DNA of 61,835 bases from the NCBI GenBank assembly GCA_039208735.1, contig JBCCQY010000046.1, positions 1 through 61,835 on the forward strand, written 5' to 3'. The translations under genes were made by a program, and so were the position numbers. Source of the stretch: Myxococcota bacterium (lineage in GTDB: Bacteria; Myxococcota_A; UBA796; GCA-2862545). The notes beneath the pieces were generated by a model that saw only the letters and a list, made by a program, of their open reading frames with translations, was not told where the DNA came from and ran no database searches. This document shows positions 53,340-61,835 of the stretch, in pieces. The first letter of the stretch is position 1, and the number at the start of each line of letters is the position of its first letter.

Positions 53340-55552
53340 TGACGGCCCTCGTAGGGAAGCAGGCCGTCTGACGGTGTCGACGGATTCGTGTTGGGAGCGG
53401 GAGTGGGCGGAAGCAGCTCAGCCTCTCGATCGAAGCCCACCGACACGAAGCGCCCCTTGTGGAACAGCTGCATCTCGAGGCGTCCTCCGTCGACCATGCG
53501 GTCCCAGCGCTGCTGAGCTACACGCTTGAACTCTCCGGGCGTGCTGACGGTCTCTTCGTCTACGCTGACGAACCCGTCCCGCACCTTGGCGGATTTGAAC
53601 CACGATGCGGCCTTGGTCACGACCAGTGGCGTGCGCTCGTGCAGTTCTAGGCCGTAGTCCGTGGGGAAGCGGCGACCCACGGCCAAGCCGCGGAAGCTCA
53701 CGCTATCGCCGTAGTGTGAAATCAGGCGGTTCCACACGTCCAGGGGGAGCCGATGCTGGGTGGCCACCGTGTAGGTGGGTCCAACACGCTTGAGAGCGGA
53801 GTTGGAGCGAACCGGGTCGGCCCAGGTGCCGACGTCCTCGAGGAACTGCCGGACCACGGCTTCGGGCTCCGAGAGTCGAGGTTCGGCAAGTAGGGCGCGG
53901 CCTGCACGCCGGCTTGCGACCTCGGTGCGGAGTTGACCGATGAGTCGGGCCACCGCATCCACGCGCGCACGCTCGCTCGTGGGCTCGACATCGGTGCCGT
54001 CTGCCAGCCCCACCACGAGCACCGACTCCTCGTCGACCACAAAGCGCTCATCGACCCACGGGGGAGGCACCGGCGCTCCACCATTCCACCCGTCGACGGG
54101 GCCTTCAATGACGGTTGGATCAGGCTCGCTGCTCGGGCTCTTTGTGACGAAGAGGTAGGCCACGATGATGAGGGCGATCGTGGCCACCACGAACATCACC
54201 GTCGAGAACAGAATGGCGAAGTTGCGGAAGTGCTGGTTGGGTCCTGCGGGCCGAATCACCGGCGGAGGAACTTGCCCGTTGGCCTGAGGAGCGCGGGGCA
54301 ACGTGTCGAGAGGACGCGACCGGCGAAGATCGGCCGGTGGAGCCAAGCGATCCGCTGCGGCGAAGAGGACATCGGTGTCGGAGAGGTCGACGTTGCCCAT
54401 GGCCCAGTTGGCCTCGACCGGCGGCAGCTGCTGCTTGCGGAGCAGGTCGCGGCGCCGGTCGACGTCGACGAGAACAGGCCGCTCGATGCCGTTAGCGAGG
54501 CAACGCGCCCGCACAAACATGCTCGACAGGTACACCCGATCGATGGGGTTCGTCAGCAGGTTCCGAGCCAGGCCCACGCTTGCACCATCGATCCACAGTT
54601 CGAGGACCTCGGGTCCCAGGTCCCGGAGGGCATCGACGAGGTGTGCGACGCCTTCGTCATCGGAGCGCGGCACGACCGAGAGGTCCAGGGTGACACGACC
54701 TTCCAACCCCGCGAAGGCCCGACGCAGCCGAAGCCGAGCATCGAGTGGTGCATTGAAGCGCACCCGGGTCTCTTGTTCCGAGATGAACTTCTCGATGGGG
54801 TCGATGCGCGCGGAACTTGTGAGGTGATCCACCACCTGCTGGAGTTCGAACGGCACAGCGTCGAGGAGATGTTCATCGATCGCGAAATAGCTCCACGGAT
54901 CGTCGTCCATCTCGGCGGCCTGATGGCAGTTCGGGCACTCCACTTGAGCGGGACTGCGGTTCAGGATGAGTTCGCGGTCCGCCACGGCTTCGTACAGAGC
55001 GCCGAACTCCTCTCCACAGTGGTTGCACGTGTAGGGCACCATCAAGGAGTGAATGCGGCCCGGCCCGCAGAAATTACGCATCATCGTGATTTGGTTGACG
55101 ATGGCTTCGCTGCAGCGCAGGAACGTGCAGCTCGTCACCCGAGCGGACTCGAGCATTTGTAGCCAGCCCTTCACCCCAAACGAGCTGACCCGATCCACCT
55201 CGGCCAAGTCGAAGACTACGTCGCCTGAAAGGGTTTGACCAAGCTCCGCCCCCCGGAACGACTCATTGATGCGTCCCCGCAACGTCACCACCGTCATTTG
55301 GCCAATGGGTCGGGTATCGACGACCACGTCGGTGGGGGGAAGGTAGCTGCGGCGCATGATCTTGCGTTGCTCGGGAAGCACCGCTGGACGTCGGGCGTGG
55401 CGTTCAGCCTCGACTTTGGCGCGCTCGATCGCATCGGCTTCGCTCTTCGCGAAATTCGAGAAGTCGAAGCCAAGCGCGGTCTGGGGGACCTCACGATCGT
55501 CGAAGGACGGGATGCTCGGCGAATCGTCGGATTGGGGGTTCTTGCCCGACAT
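53336..55552 (-). CDS. Membrane-anchored tandem STAS-like / Zn-ribbon protein with a periplasmic C-terminal region
   Basis: VTLRGRINE...FDLAEVDRVSSFGV; CNHC...CPNC; second STAS-like LDLSVV...DDEGV; one TM segment (FAILFSTVMFVVATIALIIVAYLFV). Confidence 0.78.
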   Translation of the reverse strand: MSGKNPQSDDSPSIPSFDDREVPQTALGFDFSNFAKSEADAIERAKVEAERHARRPAVLPEQRKIMRRSYLPPTDVVVDTRPIGQMTVVTLRGRINESFRGAELGQTLSGDVVFDLAEVDRVSSFGVKGWLQMLESARVTSCTFLRCSEAIVNQITMMRNFCGPGRIHSLMVPYTCNHCGEEFGALYEAVADRELILNRSPAQVECPNCHQAAEMDDDPWSYFAIDEHLLDAVPFELQQVVDHLTSSARIDPIEKFISEQETRVRFNAPLDARLRLRRAFAGLEGRVTLDLSVVPRSDDEGVAHLVDALRDLGPEVLELWIDGASVGLARNLLTNPIDRVYLSSMFVRARCLANGIERPVLVDVDRRRDLLRKQQLPPVEANWAMGNVDLSDTDVLFAAADRLAPPADLRRSRPLDTLPRAPQANGQVPPPVIRPAGPNQHFRNFAILFSTVMFVVATIALIIVAYLFVTKSPSSEPDPTVIEGPVDGWNGGAPVPPPWVDERFVVDEESVLVVGLADGTDVEPTSERARVDAVARLIGQLRTEVASRRAGRALLAEPRLSEPEAVVRQFLEDVGTWADPVRSNSALKRVGPTYTVATQHRLPLDVWNRLISHYGDSVSFRGLAVGRRFPTDYGLELHERTPLVVTKAASWFKSAKVRDGFVSVDEETVSTPGEFKRVAQQRWDRMVDGGRLEMQLFHKGRFVSVGFDREAELLPPTPAPNTNPSTPSDGLLPYEGRQ

Positions 55553-55632
55553 GGGGGCTCCTTCGGACCGCGAATCCGGGTGGGTGGGGGCGGGACGCCG
55601 GACTTTATACCGTGAGCCTGTGACGTGCCGGA

Positions 55633-56250
55633 TCAGCGCGCCTGAATCAAGCCCGGGTCCGCGGTTCCTTCGGGTTCAGGAACGGGCGTGGGAGGTGCAC
55701 GAAAGGGCGGGGGCTTGGGGCTCGAGCGGGTTCGCATGCTCACCCGAACGCCAGGGGCGGTTTTCTCGAGGGTGGCGTCGGTGGGCGCGTATCCGCCCAT
55801 TTCGAGCCGCAGGAGTCGGCGGGCTGGTGCGTGGTCGGGCTGGTCGATCGTGCATGGGGTGTGCGAACACAGCTCGGTGTTGCCCTCCCACACCGAGGCA
55901 CCCTCGGGAATCGACACGACCGTGACCTGGCGTACGGCACCTTCCTGGGTGGTCACAGGCACGGGCAGGTCAGGCACGGGTGCTGCGACAAGAGGATCCT
56001 CGGGCGCGTTTTGGATCGTCGTGGGGCCCGTAAACCAAACCACGCCTGCGACGACCAGAGGAGTCGCAACCACAAAGGCGAGACCGATCAGGACGAGGGG
56101 CAACGCCCGGGAGCGTTGGGGTTGGATGGCCGGAGGAGGAATCAGCGGTGTGGTGGCGGATGTGCGCAGCTGGGACAGCTCGGTACCATCGACGAAGCAG
56201 TATTCGACGTGGTTGTCGTACTCCGCACCGCACTGGGGACATCGCTTCAT
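55633..56250 (-). CDS. Zn-ribbon + TM + PEGA domain protein
   Basis: MKRCPQCG...YCFVDGTEL; TM segment; VVSIPEGASV...HTPC. Confidence 0.8.
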   Translation of the reverse strand: MKRCPQCGAEYDNHVEYCFVDGTELSQLRTSATTPLIPPPAIQPQRSRALPLVLIGLAFVVATPLVVAGVVWFTGPTTIQNAPEDPLVAAPVPDLPVPVTTQEGAVRQVTVVSIPEGASVWEGNTELCSHTPCTIDQPDHAPARRLLRLEMGGYAPTDATLEKTAPGVRVSMRTRSSPKPPPFRAPPTPVPEPEGTADPGLIQAR

Positions 56251-56333
56251 AGCGGCCTCAGGGGAAAGCCCTTCGTGGGGGCCATGTGTACGCCAATCCC
56301 CGACGATTCGTCAAGGGAGGACGACGTTGCGAT

Positions 56334-57713
56334 TCACAAGACTAGCGAACGCCACCAACGCGCTCGCCAGGCGCGGGCGAAGATAGCCGCTTGCGCGGCG
56401 CGCTGAAGGGCTTGGATCAACCAGATCCCTGTCAAGCCGAACCCCGCTACCGGTCCGACGAGGTAGGCCAGAGGGAGGAAACCGAGCCATTGAAGCCCCA
56501 CCGACCAGGTGGCAACGAATCGGGACGCTCCCGCGGCGAGTAACGCCTGCATCAGCACCATTCCAACAGCGTCGAAGGCCAGCGAAACCCCTACGATACG
56601 GAGGGCGGGTGCGGCAAGGGCGACCGTTTCGGGACGACCCGGAAGGAAAGGGGCGAGCAGCCACTCAGGAATGAAGATCATGGGGAGCCCCAACGCGCCC
56701 AAGATTACGAGGCCGACCTTGACGACGTCCCAGCCCCATCGTTCCGCATCATCCAGATCGCCCTGGCCGATCGCCTGCCCCACCAAGGTCGCCGCGGTCA
56801 TGCCCAGCGCCAGTCCTGGCAAGATGGCCACCAACGTGAGGTTCACAAGCACACCCGCTGCGGCCACCGGTTCCTGCGTGCCGATCTGCGCGATGATCAC
56901 GAACAGCACGTTGTAGCCGAGCGCAAACAGCGTTTGTTGCAGCGATTGGGGCAGCCCCAGCGAAACGAGCGATCGCATGGACTCGAGCGAAGGTCCAACG
57001 CGCAAAAATCCGTCGGGTCGGCTGTAGAGCACGCCCAGGATCAGGTACAGCACGGTGCCGAAGAACGTGGCGATCGAGGTTCCAACGCCGGCCCCCAGCG
57101 CGCCAAGCGCCTCGATGCCCAAGGCGGGAACGCCGAAGATCAAGGCGTAGGACAAGATCACGTTGGACACATGCATCGCGATGAGGGTGCTCATGTAGAT
57201 GCCCGAACGTGAAACGCCGTTCCAATAGCCGCGAAAGGCGAAATTGATGCCCACCGCCGACATCGCCACCAGGCGCGCCCGCAGGTAGGGGACGGCTTGC
57301 GCAGCGACGTCGGGATCGTCGTTGGGGTAGATCGCCGGCGCGATCCAGACCAAGAGCGCAGAGGCTGGGATGCCGATCACGAGGGCGATGAGGATCCCTT
57401 CGTGAAGAGGCCGTGCTCGCTCGTCGAGCCGATTTTCGCCGGTCAGCCGGGCCGCGAGCACTTGGACGGCAGCGGACAGCCCGGCCAGTCCTGCGATGCA
57501 TGCGAAGTTGACGAAGCTTGCCGTGCTCACGGCGGCGAGGGCAGCATCACCCAGGCTGCCGACCATGGCCGTGTCGACCAGGTTCAGCACGTTCTGGGAG
57601 ACCATCCCGCCAATGATGGGAAGCGCCAAGGCGGCAATGGCGCGCCACCGAGGCCCGTCGGGGGTGGCAGACCCCGTTTGCGTGGCCGAGGTCGGATGAT
57701 GAGGCACGTTCAC
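56334..57713 (-). CDS. MATE-family efflux transporter
   Basis: LALPI..GM.SQ...NLVDTAMVGSLG..ALAA, LVGQAIG, GLTGIW; about 12 TM; GTG start inferred. Confidence 0.92.
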   Translation of the reverse strand: MNVPHHPTSATQTGSATPDGPRWRAIAALALPIIGGMVSQNVLNLVDTAMVGSLGDAALAAVSTASFVNFACIAGLAGLSAAVQVLAARLTGENRLDERARPLHEGILIALVIGIPASALLVWIAPAIYPNDDPDVAAQAVPYLRARLVAMSAVGINFAFRGYWNGVSRSGIYMSTLIAMHVSNVILSYALIFGVPALGIEALGALGAGVGTSIATFFGTVLYLILGVLYSRPDGFLRVGPSLESMRSLVSLGLPQSLQQTLFALGYNVLFVIIAQIGTQEPVAAAGVLVNLTLVAILPGLALGMTAATLVGQAIGQGDLDDAERWGWDVVKVGLVILGALGLPMIFIPEWLLAPFLPGRPETVALAAPALRIVGVSLAFDAVGMVLMQALLAAGASRFVATWSVGLQWLGFLPLAYLVGPVAGFGLTGIWLIQALQRAAQAAIFARAWRARWWRSLVL

Positions 57714-57763
57714 AAGGGCTCCGGAGCGACCAACGACGTTAGCGGACCCGAGGAGTCGCCAAG

Positions 57764-58819
57764 ATGGACGCCCACGTATTCGATCGCGCCGCGTTTCACC
57801 GCGATACCGTCGCCGGTCATGGCTTGCCGGAGAGCCAGGCGTGGGTCCACAGCGGGATCTTGTTCGGATGGGCGGTGGAGCGAGGCCTCGTGGCTTCGTG
57901 GCTTCGTGATCGAACGCCCGATGCGTTTCGAGCATTTGCCGATCGCACGCTGACGGGGCCAGGCCTGCTGGCCGCGTGGGACGGCAACCTTCTGGACGAC
58001 ATGTTCAACGACGAAGGGCTGGCGTTCCTTGCCGCGTACTGGACGTCATCCGGCGACCCCGAATTCGGTAGCTACATCGAAGACTATCGGTCGGTGCTCG
58101 TCGATGGGCTAGCTTCCGACTACCACGTCGAGGATACGTGGCAGAACTACCGACGAATGGTCGACGTTCTCGATGCCCGCCACGCTCGTTTTCGGGCGAC
58201 GTTCGACCCGACGGCGCCAAGGGTGGATCTTCGCCAGGGGCCGGCTGCGGTGAATTGGCTTGGTCCTGGCTGGCTTCCTACCATTTTGGTGCCTCATGCC
58301 GTGGCGCTGCCCCAGGCGACGATCGGTCTGGTGGCTGCCCAACCCGAGACCGTAGCCGCTCTCGACTACGCAACGACGCACGCCCCTGGCTGGGTCGTGC
58401 TGCGCATGCCCGACCTGTCGGTGGGGGTGGCTGCCACGGTCGAACGTTGGGAAGGGGACCGTGCATTGTTGAATCTGTTCACGCGTGTACACAGTGCGGG
58501 TTCACCCCATGAAACGGCGCCCATCAGCCCATCCTGGTGGGTGGAGCGCCGCCGTGAACCCGCATGGAATGCGAACTGTGTGGGGTGGGTGAACGAGCTT
58601 CGTACGCGGGTGGGGCAGTTGGTGACCCGACGTCGAGAGGCGGGGAAATCTCCGGGAGCCTTGGCTTTGGCCCTTGCTCATTCCGAGTTGGCGCTCGTGG
58701 ATGCGGTGGCCGCGGATCTGCTGGAGGACGGGGAGGCCCGACGCGAAGTATTGTGCGCGTCACGGGCGGACGATCGCGTGCGCATCGTCGTCGAAGCGCT
58801 GCGACGAGCCACGGCTTGA
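57764..58819 (+). CDS. Two-domain hypothetical protein: unknown N-terminal domain + degenerate Lon N-terminal (substrate-binding)-like domain
   Basis: N-terminal HSGILFGW...YIEDY...YHVEDTWQNY; C-terminal LPTILV..VALP, VGVAATV, LVDAVAA..RREVL..DRV pattern. Confidence 0.65.
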   Translation: MDAHVFDRAAFHRDTVAGHGLPESQAWVHSGILFGWAVERGLVASWLRDRTPDAFRAFADRTLTGPGLLAAWDGNLLDDMFNDEGLAFLAAYWTSSGDPEFGSYIEDYRSVLVDGLASDYHVEDTWQNYRRMVDVLDARHARFRATFDPTAPRVDLRQGPAAVNWLGPGWLPTILVPHAVALPQATIGLVAAQPETVAALDYATTHAPGWVVLRMPDLSVGVAATVERWEGDRALLNLFTRVHSAGSPHETAPISPSWWVERRREPAWNANCVGWVNELRTRVGQLVTRRREAGKSPGALALALAHSELALVDAVAADLLEDGEARREVLCASRADDRVRIVVEALRRATA

Positions 58820-59037
58820 CCGGGGCGGGTTATGCGAGGTCAGGCCCGACGGGGTCTTCGGTCAGTTACGGATCTCGCAATGGCCGGTTGCTCGAGCCCT
58901 CGGGCAGCGGCTGCCGCAGGAGTCGATCGTGACGAAGCGCCCAACCCCCAAGGACCCAGGGTCCCACGAGTCGTCGAACGACGGCGACGTTCCCCTAGCC
59001 CCGGCGCATTCCGTCGGGGCCCGGACCTTGCGGTGAG

Positions 59038-60156
59038 GTGCCGATGCTCTTCCCTGGAACGTCCACCGGCAGCTGGTTGATCGACGATCTCGTCGGTCTA
59101 GGCATGCCCCGGACCTACAAGGCGCGGCACCTCGACATGGGCTCGGAATGCCGTCTCAAGGTGCTTCCCAAGACCGCGACGACGTTGGCCGCACAAGAGC
59201 GTGAGACCAACGCGCTCGACCACCTTCGGCACGAGGCGTTGGCCGAAGTCGTCGACTACGGCTCCGACAACGATCAAGACCTGGTCTGGACCGCGTTTGC
59301 ATGGTTCGAAGCGGATGAACTTGAGGATGGTCTGCTCGTTGGCCCGATGCCATGGGCCGACGCCTGCCATCTCTTTCGGATCCTGGCGGATGCGTTAGCG
59401 TACGTGCACGGTGAAGGCATCGTTCACCGCGACATTCGCCCGAAGAACATCTTGGTGGCGCCGGAAGGCCCCCGAGCGTTCGGAGGGGCTTGGCTCACCG
59501 GGTTCGACTACGCCATGACCCAGCAGCAGTTGGAGCGGCTGTCGCAGGCGCCGGTGGGGAATCTCGCCTACCTCGCTCCCGAGGTGTTGCGCGATCCGAC
59601 GCACCATGGAGCGAAGGCCGATGTTTACTCCTTCGGCTGCGTGATGTACGAGGTGCTTTCCGCCGAGCCCCCCTTCCCGGCGGCGGCGTTCGGTGGCGAG
59701 CGCAATGATCAAGCCCGGGCCATGTTCGACTGGAAAACCCGGGCAGACGCCCTCGACCCGGGTGAGGGCTGCCCGGATTGGCTGCGTGACCTCGTTCGTC
59801 GCTGCACCCATCCCGATCCGTCAGAACGCATCCAGGACGTTGAGACGGTGGTGCGTGAACTCGATGCCCACAAAGCAGAATGGGGCCTCGCGGACGTGCA
59901 GCCTCCAGCCGAACTCGGCGCCCCCCCGCCGCTTCGCATGCCCACTGAGCCCACGCTGCGGCCGGTGTTGGGTGCAGCGCGGCTCCCGCCCCTCAAACCC
60001 ACGTCGGCCAAGACGGCCCCGTCCTACGATGGCCGAAGTGAACCGCAGCCCGGAACTTCGCTGGCTCAAACCGTGTTCTGGGCGCTGGTTGGCGTCGTGA
60101 TCGGGCTTGTCGTAGCCGGATTCGTGATCGCGACGCTCGAATCGTCAGGATTCTAA
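59038..60156 (+). CDS. Membrane-anchored Ser/Thr kinase-like protein (atypical)
   Basis: [20 protein letters not shown]-terminal TM; the DFG position reads GFD. Confidence 0.85.
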   Translation: MPMLFPGTSTGSWLIDDLVGLGMPRTYKARHLDMGSECRLKVLPKTATTLAAQERETNALDHLRHEALAEVVDYGSDNDQDLVWTAFAWFEADELEDGLLVGPMPWADACHLFRILADALAYVHGEGIVHRDIRPKNILVAPEGPRAFGGAWLTGFDYAMTQQQLERLSQAPVGNLAYLAPEVLRDPTHHGAKADVYSFGCVMYEVLSAEPPFPAAAFGGERNDQARAMFDWKTRADALDPGEGCPDWLRDLVRRCTHPDPSERIQDVETVVRELDAHKAEWGLADVQPPAELGAPPPLRMPTEPTLRPVLGAARLPPLKPTSAKTAPSYDGRSEPQPGTSLAQTVFWALVGVVIGLVVAGFVIATLESSGF

Positions 60157-60157
60157 T

Positions 60158-60958
60158 CTACTTCTTCGAGAGCTTCTTCTCGTCGAGTTCCTGCTGGCCG
60201 TCGCGGCTATAGCCGCACGAAAGCGAGGGGTCGTCCATCAGCATGCGGATGTGGCGCTGGTCGATGCGAACGACCTCGCCCTTCTGAGGGAGCGCGAGCG
60301 CTTTCTTGCCCACCGCCATGGCCTCTTCGAGCAGCGCGGGGTCTTTGGTCTTCTGCGCCAGACACATCTGGCTGACCATCAACTCCTTGTGGTTCTGCAC
60401 CGAATGCGGCTTGCACTTGGTGGACAGGGCGTTGTAGTGAACGGACTTTTCGAGATCGCCGCGCGTTCCCGACAGCACCTTCACGACCCACCAATCCGGC
60501 ACCAGTCGGTAGAAGATGCCCAAGCCGTGAAACGCGTCGCAGGGCAACTGCTCGAAGCCTCCGAGGCTTGCGTACGCGAAGGTGGGGTGCTCCGCGGGTA
60601 CGAGAAAGCCGCGTTCCACGTCATCGGCCAGAAAGAGGCTCGCCAAGACCCCCCGGGTCGTCCCGAGTCGGCCCGCACTCACGGCTAGGGCAAAGTGCAG
60701 GTGGGGATCGTTCGGGGCCACCTTGAGCCCCGCTTCGGCGGCGGCCTTCATCTTCTTGTAGTGGCCGATCTTATCGATGCTGGGGTCATCGGCGTCGAAC
60801 CTTTCGCCGATCTCATACATGAACCGCGTCTTGTGCCAGTAGAGCGCTGCGTCGTTGGGGGTCTGGGCGATCCGCGTCTCCTCCTCGTGCCGCTCGGCCG
60901 CCGCACGCCGCAGGTCGCGCATCAGCTCGATCTGGCGTTGGGTCGAGAGCAGCGACAA
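60158..60958 (-). CDS. TPR-like helical protein; the N-terminal ~30 aa may be of different origin (possible chimeric ORF)
   Basis: PNDAALYW and PNDPHLHF TPR-like units, GIFYRLVP; charged coiled-coil N-terminus with no signal peptide. Confidence 0.6.
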   Translation of the reverse strand: MSLLSTQRQIELMRDLRRAAAERHEEETRIAQTPNDAALYWHKTRFMYEIGERFDADDPSIDKIGHYKKMKAAAEAGLKVAPNDPHLHFALAVSAGRLGTTRGVLASLFLADDVERGFLVPAEHPTFAYASLGGFEQLPCDAFHGLGIFYRLVPDWWVVKVLSGTRGDLEKSVHYNALSTKCKPHSVQNHKELMVSQMCLAQKTKDPALLEEAMAVGKKALALPQKGEVVRIDQRHIRMLMDDPSLSCGYSRDGQQELDEKKLSKK

Positions 60959-61023
60959 GGGGCGGCCTGCGGGGTCGGGAGATTCGCTCGGGGCGTCTTA
61001 CCAGTCTAACAAACGCCGGCGGA

Positions 61024-61248
61024 TCACCCCTCCAAGTCGCGTTGCGCTTGGTGCAAGAGCGTCCGCATCCGGCCGACCGCGTCGAGCGTCGTCTTCACAA
61101 CCGGCGCCATCGGTTCAATGTGATCTTTGAACACCGCCTCGGAGACGCTGTCGTTCCATTCGTCGGACACTTCTTCCCACGCGCCGAGGAGGTCTTGCAG
61201 GGCCCGGCCTATGCGGGCGCCGCCCGTGTCCAGGTCGCACGGCTTCAT
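61024..61248 (-). CDS. Small helical-hairpin protein, WXG100/ESAT-6-like (W-N-D turn)
   Basis: 74 aa; two amphipathic helices around WEEVSDEWND; ATGA overlap with the upstream gene. Confidence 0.6.
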   Translation of the reverse strand: MKPCDLDTGGARIGRALQDLLGAWEEVSDEWNDSVSEAVFKDHIEPMAPVVKTTLDAVGRMRTLLHQAQRDLEG

Positions 61249-61811
61249 GCGTCGGCCCCCGGATCGGGGTCGGGCGTCGGCCCAGCCTCGGCGGGCCGGG
61301 CCGTGCTATCGGAGCCGAGGGCGGAGCCGGCCGCGGCCGAGCCGCCGGCGTACCGCTCCAACGCCGCGAGGGTCCGCTCGAGCAACGCGATCGCCTTGGG
61401 GTTGTCGATCTCGACCAGCGACTGCATGCGGGCCGTCCGGCCCTCGTACTCGTGCAGCTCGTGCCGAAGCTTCCGCGCCCACTCGCGTACGAGTTCTTGC
61501 TTCTCTTGGCAGTAAACGAGGTACGCCTGGGCCTTCTTCAACGCGGCGCGTTCCTCGGCGCACGACGGGGTTTCGTCGTTGATCGGGTACATCAGGCAGC
61601 GCGACAGGTTGGCCTTCGCCTCGGTCACGCCGTCGTAAGCCTTCGCGACCCGCATCTTCCAGTAGGCCGGCCGGTCGTGCTCGACCCAATCGATGACGCG
61701 GCGGATCTCGCCCCGCAGCTCGTCGAGCCCGTCGTTCGCCCGATGGCCGAAGCGGGCGAGCTCGTCGCGCACCCGCTCGACCGCCTCGAAAGATCGGACC
61801 TGGGCGGGCAT
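61245..61811 (-). CDS. Coiled-coil hypothetical protein resembling those in WXG100/FtsK (type VII-like) clusters
   Basis: All-helical pattern; AQVRSFEAV, DWVEHDRPAYW, PSCAEE; strongly G/C-ending codons. Confidence 0.7.
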   Translation of the reverse strand: MPAQVRSFEAVERVRDELARFGHRANDGLDELRGEIRRVIDWVEHDRPAYWKMRVAKAYDGVTEAKANLSRCLMYPINDETPSCAEERAALKKAQAYLVYCQEKQELVREWARKLRHELHEYEGRTARMQSLVEIDNPKAIALLERTLAALERYAGGSAAAGSALGSDSTARPAEAGPTPDPDPGADA

Positions 61812-61835
61812 AGGAGGCTGGAGGCGGCAGACCTG

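Noticed and set aside
1..61835. tRNA/rRNA genes, IS elements, integrases or prophage genes
   Set aside because: No cloverleaf, rRNA signature, transposase, integrase or phage structural motif recognised by eye; a covariance-model scan was not possible

Overview
GC-rich, gene-dense bacterial window that reads as Myxococcota-like: Myxococcus-type Cys-rich repeats, PEGA and TSP3 proteins, eukaryote-like Ser/Thr kinases and an ERG4/ERG24 sterol reductase. Housekeeping genes are trpS, rplU-rpmA-obgE and mnmC. There is a 2729-aa modular surface protein and many enzymes and transporters. I found no rRNA, tRNA, CRISPR array or transposase. Best leads: (1) a 7-codon leader ORF, MGILHFV (ErmCL-like), whose His-Phe-Val codons can pair with the ribosome-binding region of a divergent HflX GTPase, i.e. 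a candidate antibiotic-sensing translational attenuator. (2) A tightly linked operon of tandem STAS/Zn-ribbon proteins, a Ser/Thr kinase, an RsbW-like ATPase, a PP2C phosphatase and a TPR-PEGA-TonB-dependent receptor, i.e. a candidate trans-envelope partner-switching system. (3) A DUF3326 + Orn/Lys/Arg decarboxylase + Na+:solute symporter operon. (4) A terminal ~1 kb segment with WXG100/type VII-like genes that appears fused in frame to an unrelated gene near 60870 (possible assembly chimera or HGT junction). All family assignments come from motif recognition by eye; no database search was run.
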